From Thermodesulfobacteriota bacterium (GTDB lineage Bacteria > Desulfobacterota_D > UBA1144 > Nemesobacterales > Mycalebacteriaceae): DNA of 64,000 bases. The translations under genes were made by a program, and so were the position numbers. The notes under the pieces were generated by a model. That model had not been told where the DNA came from. It ran no database searches and saw only the letters and a program-made list of their open reading frames with translations. Position 1 is the stretch's first letter, and every line of letters starts with the position of its first letter. This document shows, piece by piece, positions 20,001 to 29,945 of this stretch. Location: contig CBDAQI010000001.1 in assembly GCA_965198945.1 (NCBI GenBank), positions 329,344-393,343 on the forward strand. Direction: 5' to 3'.

Positions 20001-21689
20001 ATGAGGCGCTTAAGAGTGGCGCTTTGTCAGACCAACTCCAGAGTCGGAGACATCAGGCGCAATGTTTCGGTGATTAAGCGCGGCGCAAAAAAGGCTTTTG
20101 CGCGCGGGGCGGACATAGTCTGTTTCCCGGAACTTGCCGTTTGCGGATACCCCCCGGAAGATCTGCTTCTCAAACCCGGGTTTGTGGACAAAAACATCCG
20201 GGGGCTTGAAGAAATAACAAAATCCGCCTTGCCCATTACCGTAATTGCCGGTTTTGTTGAAAGGCGGGGTTCAATATACAACTCCGCGGCCGTCATATCC
20301 GGCGGCCGGATTGCCGGAATACACAGAAAAAACCTGCTTCCAAACTACGGTGTTTTTGATGAAAACCGCTACTTTGAACCCGGCGGCAAAGCGTCTGTTT
20401 TTACATGCGGCGGTCTCGGAATCGGAGTTAACATCTGCGAGGACATCTGGTTTGCCGACGGTCCCGCGAGCAGGCAGGCTCGGAGCGGAGCGGATTTGAT
20501 TATCAATATCTCCGCTTCCCCTTATTCAATGGGCAAACCCGCGGCAAGAGAAAAAATGCTGTCCGAAAGGGCAAGAGATGCGGGCACGGCGCTTGCTTTC
20601 TGCAATATGACCGGCGGACAGGATGAGCTTGTTTTTGACGGGCACAGCGCTTTTTTTGACCCTGAAGGGGCCGTGATTTCAAGGGCCCGGGGTTTTCGGG
20701 AAGATTTGATTTTTGCCGACTTTGAACTGCCGGCAAGACAGAGTTCGCGGCGGCGCGGCGAGTATGTAATCAAATCTCCGCCGAAAAAGAAAAAGCCGGA
20801 ACTCCGTCCGGTGATTGCAGATTTTGCCGACACAAAAGACGAAATATTTTCCGCTCTTGTTCTCGGCACTCGTGACTATGCGGAGAAAAACGGTTTCAAA
20901 TCTGTGGTTTTAGGGCTTTCGGGCGGGATAGACTCCGCGCTTGTCGCAGCGGTGGCGGTTGAGGCGTTTGGTCCAGAAAGAGTGGCTGCTCTCAACATGC
21001 CGACGGCCTTCAGCTCCAAATCGGGCATTAGAGACGCTAAAACCATTGCGCGTAATCTTAACATTGAAATGTGCCCGGTCCCGATACAAAGCATTTTTTC
21101 CACTTACAAAAAAGCCGTGCCCGCGCCGTTTGAGCTTCAGGGGGATGAAACATCAAACATCGCCCTTGAGAACATTCAGGCGCGTATCAGGGGCAACATA
21201 CTCATGGCTTTTTCCAATCGTTTCGGCTGTCTTGTTCTTACAACCGGCAACAAAAGCGAGCTTAGTGTCGGATACTCAACCCTTTACGGAGACACCGCGG
21301 GAGGGTTTGCCGTTATAAAAGATGTAAAGAAAACCCTTGTGCGGGAACTTTCTCTGCATTACAACAAAATGCGGGGCTTTGAAGCCATTCCCTCGTCCAT
21401 TGTTGAAAAGCCCCCCTCCGCCGAACTCAGAAAAGACCAGCGCGACTCCGACAGTCTGCCCCCGTATCAGGTTCTGGACGAAATTCTCAAACACTATGTT
21501 GAGCGAGACAAAAGTGTCGCGGAAACCGTCACCCTCTCAGGCGCGCCGGAGAAAACCGTGCGCAGAATAATTGATTTGGTTGACCGCAACGAATACAAAA
21601 GAAGACAGACGCCTCCCGGAGTGAGGTTGACGGACAAGGCTTTTGGTAAAGACCGCCGCATGCCCATAACGAATTTTTTCCGCAATTAG
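20001..21689 (+). CDS. nadE: Glutamine-dependent NAD+ synthetase
   Basis: Nitrilase domain FPEL..GYPPEDL, ICEDIW; synthetase GLSGGIDS, NIQARIRG, TGNKSE, EYKRRQ. Confidence 0.97.
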   Translation: MRRLRVALCQTNSRVGDIRRNVSVIKRGAKKAFARGADIVCFPELAVCGYPPEDLLLKPGFVDKNIRGLEEITKSALPITVIAGFVERRGSIYNSAAVISGGRIAGIHRKNLLPNYGVFDENRYFEPGGKASVFTCGGLGIGVNICEDIWFADGPASRQARSGADLIINISASPYSMGKPAAREKMLSERARDAGTALAFCNMTGGQDELVFDGHSAFFDPEGAVISRARGFREDLIFADFELPARQSSRRRGEYVIKSPPKKKKPELRPVIADFADTKDEIFSALVLGTRDYAEKNGFKSVVLGLSGGIDSALVAAVAVEAFGPERVAALNMPTAFSSKSGIRDAKTIARNLNIEMCPVPIQSIFSTYKKAVPAPFELQGDETSNIALENIQARIRGNILMAFSNRFGCLVLTTGNKSELSVGYSTLYGDTAGGFAVIKDVKKTLVRELSLHYNKMRGFEAIPSSIVEKPPSAELRKDQRDSDSLPPYQVLDEILKHYVERDKSVAETVTLSGAPEKTVRRIIDLVDRNEYKRRQTPPGVRLTDKAFGKDRRMPITNFFRN

Positions 21690-21808
21690 GACGCCGTTCT
21701 TTTTGAAACAAAGGTGTTTTCCCGTTATTCTGTCCGAGCCGACAGAAGACCATTTTTACTGTTCCGGCACCGTGTTTTTCGGGTTTTTTCTCTGAAAAAG
21801 GTTGTTTT

Positions 21809-24800
21809 ATGAGTTTTTCTCTTGAAAAACAAGGTCTTTATGACCCCGTTTCCGAGCATGACTCCTGCGGAGTGGGCTTTGTCGTCAACATGAAAGGCGT
21901 AAAGTCTCACTCCATTATTACCGATGCGCTTACGGTTCTTGAAAATCTTGAGCACCGCGGCGCCTGCGGATGTGAGCCTGAGACCGGAGACGGAGCCGGA
22001 ATTCTATTCCAGATCCCGCACCGTTTTTTCAGCCGCGTGTGTTCGGAAAAAGGCGCCGCGCTTCCCCCCGGGGGAGACTACGGTGTCTGCATGATGTTTG
22101 CGCCCAAAGATAAAAAAAATCGTTCGCGGATTTTGAAGGAGTTTGAAAAAATTGTTGAAGAAGAGGGGCACACTGTTCTCTGCGTGCGTCCCGTGCCGAC
22201 GGACAACTCTTTGCTTGGCACAACTTCAAAGGGCTGCGAGCCGTCCGTGTATCAGATTTTCATAGCGCGCGCCTCATGCGCCGCGGGAGCCGATTTTGAG
22301 AGGTCGCTTTTTGTGATAAGGAAGCGGGCCGAGAGGCTTATTTCCTCCGAGCAGTTTTATGTGTCAAGCCTTTCGTCAAAAACCGTTGTTTACAAGGGAA
22401 TGCTCACAACTTCGCAACTTTCCGCATATTACCCGGATCTTTCCGGCCAAGACATGGAAAGCGCCATAGCGCTTGTGCATTCGCGTTTCAGCACAAACAC
22501 GACTCCGAGCTGGAACAGGGCTCATCCATACCGTTTTGTGGTTCATAACGGTGAGATAAACACACTGCGGGGCAATATCAACTGGATGCATTCAAGACAG
22601 CCCATGCTCGGCCTCTCCGGCAGCCACTTCAGCGGCCGCCCGGAGAAAATTTTCCCCTTCATAGAGGACGGAGGAAGCGACAGCATGGCTTTTGACAACT
22701 GTCTTGAACTTCTCACTCTTTGCGGTTTTCCGATTGAGCACGCGGTCATGATGATGGTTCCCGAGCCGTGGCTCAAACACAAGCATATGGACGAATCCAA
22801 AAAGGCTTTTTATCGTTATCACGGATGCTTGATGGAGCCATGGGACGGCCCTGCTTCCATCTGTTTTACGGACGGTGAAAAGGTGGGTGCCGTGCTGGAC
22901 AGAAACGGTCTCCGCCCCAGCAGATACTACGTTACAAGCGATGACAACGTGATACTTTCCTCCGAAGTCGGCGTGCTTCCGGTGCCTACCGATAAGGTTC
23001 TGTCAAAAGGAAGGCTGCAGCCCGGCAGAATGCTTCTTGTAGACACGCACGAAGGCAGAATCGTGGGGGACGAAGAGATTAAGCGCGGTCTCTCGGACGC
23101 TGCGCCTTATAAGGAGTGGACTGAGAAATATATGGCCACTCTGGACGATTTCAAAAAGCCGCGCGCGGGCGACTCCGGTTTCTCCGGTGGGGAAATCGTC
23201 GTTCAGCAGAAAATTTTCGGATATACATTTGAGGAAATAAGGCTTCTGCTCGGACCGATGGCGGCAAGCGGCGTTGAAACCGTCGGTGCGATGGGGCGCG
23301 ACACACCTCTCGCGGTTCTTTCAAACAAGCCCAAGCTTCTATACAACTACTTCAACCAGATGTTCGCCCAGGTTACAAATCCGCCCATAGACTCAATCCG
23401 CGAAGAGATTGTAACCGCTTCAAATATGAACCTCGGACCGATGGGAAACATATTCAAGCCCGACCCGCAAAGTTGCAGAGTCATACAGATTGACACCCCC
23501 CGTTCTCTCAAATGGCGACATGGCAAAACTGAAGAATCTCAAAGGCAAACATTTCAAATCCGCCGTTCTTCAAATTTTCTTTGACCCCGAAGGAGGGGGC
23601 GGGTCTCTTGAGTCCGCGCTTGAGGATATGTTCGCACAAGCGGAAGACGCGATGGAAAAAGGGGCGAATCTGCTGATACTTTCAGACAGGGGAGTGGGCG
23701 AAGGCAAGTGTCCGATTCCGGCTCTTCTTGCCACCTCGGGGCTGCACCATCATCTGATACGCTGCGGAAAACGCATGAAGGCAAGCATAATAGTTGAATC
23801 CGGAGAGCCGCGTGAGGTTCATCATTTTGCGCTTCTCATAGGCTTCGGCGCTTCGGCGATAAACCCTTATCTCGCATTTGAAACAATAAGAAACATGAGA
23901 GAAAACGGCGACCTCAATACGGAGCTTGAGGACGCTTTGTCCAACTACGCGACCGGACTTTCAAAAGGTGTTGTCAAAATCATGTCAAAAATGGGCATAT
24001 CAACGGTTCAGAGCTACCACGGCGCACAGATTTTTGAGGCTCTGGGTCTTTCAGAGGATTTTGTGGAAAAGTATTTCACCCGGACGCAGTCGCGCATTGG
24101 GGGAATAGGAACTGATGTGGTCGCCGAAGAAGCCGTGCGCAGATACCGGGAGGCTTTTCCGCATAGAGGCGAGACTTCGCAAACGCTTGAAGAGGGTGGT
24201 GTTTATCAGTGGCGCAAAGACGGCGAGGCGCATATGTATTCCCCTCAAACAGTGCATGCGCTCCAGAGAGCCTGTCGCACAGGCGATTTTGAAACTTTTG
24301 AGCGTTTCTCGGAAATGGTTGGCAATGAAGAGCGCAGCCTGTTCACGCTCAGGGGCATGCTTGACTTCAAGTTTGACAAAAAACCCCTTCCCCTTGACGA
24401 AGTTGAGCCTGAGTCTGAAATACTCAAGAGGTTTAAAACGGGAGCAATGTCATATGGGGCAATAAGCGCCGAGGCGCATGAAAGTCTTGCGGTGGCTATG
24501 AACAGAATAGGGGGGAAGAGCAACACCGGAGAGGGAGGGGAAGACAAAAGCAGGTGGGTTCCCGATAAGAACGGCGACTTGAAAAGAAGCTCCATAAAGC
24601 AGGTGGCGTCCGGAAGGTTCGGGGTTACCGGAGAGTATCTGGCCAATTCGGGATGAAATACAGATAAAAATGGCTCAGGGCGCAAAGCCCGGAGAGGGCG
24701 GGCAGCTTCCGGGCAAAAAGGTCTATCCCTGGATAGCGAAAGTGCGGCTTTCCACACCCGGTGTGGGTCTCATATCCCCTCCGCCCCACCACGACATCTA

Positions 24801-26388
24801 CTCCATTGAGGACCTTGCGGAGCTGATATACGACCTTAAAAACTCAAACCCCGGAGCGAAAATCAATGTGAAACTTGTTTCCGAGGCGGGCGTGGGCACC
24901 ATCGCCGCGGGCGTGGCAAAAGGGCACGCGGATGTAATCCTTATCAGCGGCAATGACGGCGGAACCGGCGCTTCGCCCCAAAACAGCATTCAGTATGCCG
25001 GTCTGCCATGGGAGCTGGGCATCAGTGAAACCCACCAGACACTTCTTTTGAACAACCTGCGCAGCCGCGTCATCCTTGAGACGGACGGGCAGATGAAAAC
25101 CGGCAGGGATGTCGTCATCGCGGCTCTTCTGGGAGCCGAGGAATACGGTTTTTCAACCGCTCCGCTTATAGCGCTCGGTTGTGTGATGATGAGGGTTTGC
25201 CATCTGGACACCTGCCCCGTCGGTGTGGCGACGCAGAATCCCGAGTTGCGTAAAAAATTTACCGGAGAGCCCGAGCATGCGGTCAATTTTATGACTTTTG
25301 TCGCCCGCCAGGCCCGCCAGATCATGGCAAAACTGGGTTTTCGCACCGTTAACGAGATGATAGGCAGAACGGACAAGCTCATAGCCGTCAAACCCGAAGG
25401 GCACTGGAAGGCGGAGGGAGTTAACCTGGACGCCGTTCTTTATTCGCCAGATGTTCCTAATGATTACGGAAGATACCACACCGTGGATCAGGACCACGGC
25501 ATAGTTGATTCTCTGGATATGAAAGAGCTGCTCGGCATTTGCGCCCCGGCGATAGAAAATCGTGAAAAAGTGGAGGCGGAGATTGCAATAAAAAACACCG
25601 ACCGCGCGGTCGGGACGATTGTGGGAAACAAAATATCCGCCGTTTATGGATCGTCAGTCCTTGAAGAAGACACAATCAAACTTCACTTCCGCGGTTCGGC
25701 GGGTCAGAGTTTTGCGGCTTTTGTTCCGCGCGGAATGACGATGATTCTTGAAGGAGACTCAAACGACTATGTCGGAAAGGGGCTTTCCGGGGGAAAAATC
25801 GCCATATACCCTCCGGAAGAGTCAAGGTTTGCGGCTGAAGAAAACATAATAATCGGCAATGTCGCCTTCTATGGAGCGACTGCGGGAGAGGCGTATATAC
25901 GCGGGGTCGCCGGTGAGAGGTTCTGCGTCAGAAACAGCGGTGTGAACGCCGTGGTTGAAGGTGTCGGAGACCACGGCTGTGAATATATGACCGGGGGGCG
26001 TGTTGCCGTTCTGGGGCCTGCGGGAAGGAACTTTGCCGCGGGCATGTCGGGCGGAGTCGCATTTGTGTTTGATGACGAAGGGGATTTTGAGGAGAAAAAC
26101 TGTAATACGGACGCGGTGTCAGTCGAAGGTCTTGATTCGGACGATGAGGCGGAACTGAAAAAAATGATTATGCGGCATTTGCAATATACGGGCAGCAAGG
26201 TCGCTGAAAGGATTTTGAGCGACTGGGAATCTTCCCTCGGCGGTTTTGTGAAGGTAATGCCGAACGACTACAAAAGGATGCTTGAGGCGATAGGCAGTGT
26301 TGAAAAAAGGGGTCTCAGCGGAGATGAGGCGCTTATGACGGCGTTTGAAGAAAACATCAAGGACTCTGCGCGCGTGGGCGGAAATTAG
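21809..26388 (+). CDS. gltB: Glutamate synthase large subunit (two homopolymer frameshifts, probably sequencing errors)
   Basis: [10 protein letters not shown]-terminus, [42 protein letters not shown]; breaks at C6 23496-23501 and G3 24650-24652, each repaired by deleting one base. Confidence 0.95.
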
Positions 26389-27873
26389 ATGGGTAAAATT
26401 ACGGGATTTATGGATTATGACAGGCGGCTCGGCAAAGACCGGTCTCCTTCTGAGAGAATCAAAGACTGGAAGGAGTTTCACGGTCATCTTTCCGAAAAAG
26501 ATCTCGGTCTTCAGGGTGCAAGGTGCATGGATTGCGGAGTTCCGTTCTGTCAAACGGGAGAGCTTCTTGCGGGAATGGCGACCGGATGTCCGGTTCACAA
26601 TCTGATTCCCGAATGGAATGACCTGATTTACAAAGGGCGGTGGCGTGAGGCGCTTGAAAGACTTCATAAGACAAACAACTTTCCCGAATTTACCGGAAGA
26701 GTATGTCCCGCGCCGTGCGAGGGTTCCTGCGTTCTTGGAATCAACGAGCCGCCGGTGGCTATCAAATCAATAGAATGCGCCATAGTTGAAAAGGGTTTTG
26801 AGGAGGGCTGGGTAGTTCCGGAACCTCCCCCGAAGAGGACGGGAAAAAAAATCGCCGTTGTCGGTTCGGGCCCGGCGGGGCTTGCGTGTGCGGCACAGCT
26901 CAACAGAGCCGGGCACAGTGTTATTGTCTATGAAAGGGATGACCGCATTGGCGGTTTGCTGATGTATGGAATTCCCAATCCGCATCTTGACAAAGCCGTT
27001 GTTGACAGACGGGTGGATGTTTTAAGAAGAGAAGGAATTGAGTTTGTCGTGAGCACGGAGGTCGGCAAAGACATCGCGCCCGAAGAGGTCCTGGATTCAA
27101 ATGATGCGGTTGTTCTCTGTTGCGGGGCGACTCTGCCGAGAGACCTGGATGTTCCGGGAAGGGAGAGCGGCGGAGTGCATTTTGCGATGGATTTTCTCAG
27201 AGAAAACACTAAAAAGCTGCTTGACAGCGGCTTCAGGCAGACCGGAGCCGTATCGGCGAAAGACAAGGATGTCATCGTTCTCGGAGGCGGAGATACGGGA
27301 ACCGACTGTGTGGCAACCGCAATGAGGCACGGATGCAGAAGTCTTTTGCAGTTTGAAATTCTTCCCCGCCCGCCGGAAGAAAGACAGGGCGCCAATCCGT
27401 GGCCCCAGTGGCCGGTTGTCTACAAACTGGACTACGGGCAGGAGGAAGCTATGGCCGTGTTTGGTGATGACCCGCGCATGTATCAAACTCTTACGAAGAG
27501 CATTGAGAGCGATGAGAATGGTGATGTCAAAGGTCTTAAAACCGTGCTTATTGAGTGGAAAAAGGGCAAAGACGGCCGAATGGTTTTTGAAGAAAAACCC
27601 GGAAGTGAGGAGCTCCGGCCCGCACAGCTTGTTCTTCTGGCTCTGGGATTTCTCGGTCCTGAGCAGGGAATCATAGACAAAATGGGTCTTGACAAAGACG
27701 CTCGTTCAAACATCAAGGCGGAATACGGCAAATATCAGACCAGCGTTGAAAAGGTTTTTGCCGCGGGAGACGCAAGAAGGGGTCAGAGCCTTGTGGTATG
27801 GGCCATAAACGAGGGGCGGGAAGCCGCAAGAGAGTGCGACCGTTGGCTTATGGGCTCAACCGAACTTCCCTGA
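26389..27873 (+). CDS. gltD: Glutamate synthase small subunit
   Basis: ARCMDCGVPFC, GRVCPAPCE, GSGPAG, GGGDTGTDC, RRGQSLVVWAI. Confidence 0.97.
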   Translation: MGKITGFMDYDRRLGKDRSPSERIKDWKEFHGHLSEKDLGLQGARCMDCGVPFCQTGELLAGMATGCPVHNLIPEWNDLIYKGRWREALERLHKTNNFPEFTGRVCPAPCEGSCVLGINEPPVAIKSIECAIVEKGFEEGWVVPEPPPKRTGKKIAVVGSGPAGLACAAQLNRAGHSVIVYERDDRIGGLLMYGIPNPHLDKAVVDRRVDVLRREGIEFVVSTEVGKDIAPEEVLDSNDAVVLCCGATLPRDLDVPGRESGGVHFAMDFLRENTKKLLDSGFRQTGAVSAKDKDVIVLGGGDTGTDCVATAMRHGCRSLLQFEILPRPPEERQGANPWPQWPVVYKLDYGQEEAMAVFGDDPRMYQTLTKSIESDENGDVKGLKTVLIEWKKGKDGRMVFEEKPGSEELRPAQLVLLALGFLGPEQGIIDKMGLDKDARSNIKAEYGKYQTSVEKVFAAGDARRGQSLVVWAINEGREAARECDRWLMGSTELP

Positions 27874-27874
27874 C

Positions 27875-29068
27875 ATGAAAGACCTGACCCCTGAAAAGCA
27901 GCTTGAAATTATCAAAAAGGGTGCGGACGGTCTCGTCTCGGATTCGGAGCTTCTTGATAAACTCCGCAAGACCAGGCCCCTCAGAATTAAAGCCGGTTTT
28001 GACCCGACCGCGCCGGATCTTCATCTGGGGCACTGTGTTCTCTTAAGAAAACTGAGGCAGTTTCAGGATCTGGGGCATACCGTTATTTTTCTCATTGGCG
28101 ATTTCACGGCGCAGATAGGCGACCCCAGCGGCAGAACCGAGGAGAGGCCGCTTCTTTCACCGCAGCAGATAAAAGAGAATGCGAAAACATATCAGGGTCA
28201 GGTTTTTCCCATTCTCAAACCTGAGCAGACAGAGGTTCGTTTCAACTCCGAGTGGCATTCCGGCATGAGTTCGGCTGATGTTCTGCGTCTTGCGGGGATG
28301 GCGAATGTGGCAAATCTTCTTGAAAGAGACGATTTCAAGACCCGTTACCGGGCGGGGAAACCGATTTCGGTCAAAGAATTTCTCTACCCGCTTATTCAGG
28401 CATTTGATTCCGTTGCTCTCAAAGCCGATGTGGAAATCGGCGGAACAGACCAAACCTTCAATCTTCTGCTCGGCAGGGAGGTTCAGAAGCGTTTCGGCGA
28501 GCCTCAGCAGGCGGCGCTTTTTCTTCCCATACTTGAGGGGCTTGACGGTGTGAACAAGATGTCAAAATCTCTCGGCAATTACATAGCCGTAAGAGATACG
28601 GCGGAAGATGTTTTCGCGAAGGTCATGTCAATTTCCGATGATTTAATGTGGAGATATTACGAGCTTTTGAGCGCAAAGACCCCGGGCGAAATTAAGAAAC
28701 TCAAGAAATCTTCCCATCCTATGGATGCAAAAAAAGCGCTCGCATTTGAAATAACCGAGTGGCTTACGGACGAAAAAAAGGCGAAAAAGGCGGAAAGCGC
28801 TTTTGCCGGAAAGTTTTCAAAAAGGGAGTTTCCCTCCGATGCTCCGGAAAAAACGGTTTCGCGTACGAAAATCAAAACTATTCTTGATTTCACAGTTGAG
28901 GTTTCCGATTTTCTGAAAAGCCGGGCTGAAGCAAAGCGCCTAATAAACCAGGGCGGACTTGCAATAAACGGAAAAAAATATTCCGAACATGGAACGGAAA
29001 TTCCTGAAGGGGATGTTTTTGAGGTTAAAATCGGCAAGAAAGAGTTTGTGAGGGTCAGAGTTTCTTAA
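27875..29068 (+). CDS. tyrS: Tyrosine--tRNA ligase
   Basis: GFDPTAPDLHLGH, GGTDQTFN, KMSKS, C-terminal S4 domain. Confidence 0.98.
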   Translation: MKDLTPEKQLEIIKKGADGLVSDSELLDKLRKTRPLRIKAGFDPTAPDLHLGHCVLLRKLRQFQDLGHTVIFLIGDFTAQIGDPSGRTEERPLLSPQQIKENAKTYQGQVFPILKPEQTEVRFNSEWHSGMSSADVLRLAGMANVANLLERDDFKTRYRAGKPISVKEFLYPLIQAFDSVALKADVEIGGTDQTFNLLLGREVQKRFGEPQQAALFLPILEGLDGVNKMSKSLGNYIAVRDTAEDVFAKVMSISDDLMWRYYELLSAKTPGEIKKLKKSSHPMDAKKALAFEITEWLTDEKKAKKAESAFAGKFSKREFPSDAPEKTVSRTKIKTILDFTVEVSDFLKSRAEAKRLINQGGLAINGKKYSEHGTEIPEGDVFEVKIGKKEFVRVRVS

Positions 29069-29369
29069 AAAGACTGTGTTTGCACTGGTTTATATGATTT
29101 ATATCAATATATAAGTGGTTTGGCTTATATGCACCTATACTATGCTATATTGACTTATATTTTGTTATAAATTTCCTATCGCCCGCTATGTGGATTTCAT
29201 AGCCAAAATTGAATTAGAGAAGTGGAGACCCGTTTGTAGCTTTTTATTAAAAAGGGATATTATTTAAATTCGTCTAAGTTGAATTTGGCTTTTGCAATAC
29301 CACTGTATGATGAACTTGTTAAAACGGCTTTGCCGGATGTGCCGGCAGAAACAAACATGAGGTGAAAAT

Positions 29370-29891
29370 ATGTTATTTGAGATTGCAAAACGTTTTGACT
29401 ATACCGAACTTAACTACAACCAATATAGAGAGGCCTTTGAACGGGGAGTTCTCGTTAAAAAAATAGCCGATAAATATGGAAGGACTCTGAAAGAGGTCAT
29501 GGAATTATCATCGGATCCTGATCATGGTGGACAGATGACACTTTCTTCTTTGTTGGAGACTATGGTTGCTTTTGAATTGGAAAGAGACGGAATACTGGGT
29601 TGCACAATAACACGCGGCCCCGCCCGCACAGATTTAGAGGATGCATGGGGGAGAAAGTGGGATGTTAAAACTCCTCCGTATGTTGAAGGCATAGGGTTCA
29701 ACGAAGAGAGCGCCATTCATAGCATATTAAAAAAGCTGGATGAATTTCCCGATGGTGATGTCGGGATTTTCCTGGATATATCATTTCTGCATAAAGAAAA
29801 TTATCTGAAACTTCAGGAAGATTTGAAAAACCGGCTTGCTGACAATCAGAAATTTTTGGTGAGACAGGTGGTGGTGAGGGGAGTTCTTTAA
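29370..29891 (+). CDS. Hypothetical protein resembling a polymorphic-toxin PD-(D/E)xK nuclease domain
   Basis: GAGGTG RBS; DPDHGG...E....LE..G...I.RGP...D..G..WDVK pattern; 173 aa, no signal peptide. Confidence 0.55.
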   Translation: MLFEIAKRFDYTELNYNQYREAFERGVLVKKIADKYGRTLKEVMELSSDPDHGGQMTLSSLLETMVAFELERDGILGCTITRGPARTDLEDAWGRKWDVKTPPYVEGIGFNEESAIHSILKKLDEFPDGDVGIFLDISFLHKENYLKLQEDLKNRLADNQKFLVRQVVVRGVL

Positions 29892-29945
29892 TAAGATTGG
29901 CGAGAGGAATTTATGTGTTTTGGATTTATAGGCTGATCAACTGTA

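Noticed and set aside
21809..26388. gltB split into three ORFs (pseudogene or programmed frameshifting)
   Set aside because: Both breaks are single extra bases in homopolymers (C6, G3) with intact motifs either side. The same pattern occurs in hsdM, hsdS, the amidohydrolase, pilB and cox genes, which points to long-read indel errors.
29069..29369. Second dif-like site, ncRNA or small ORF in the AT-rich spacer after tyrS
   Set aside because: TATTGACTTAT resembles one arm only, with no XerD arm at the right spacing. The open stretch ending ...PAETNMR* has no credible start; the short palindromes are expected in AT-rich DNA.
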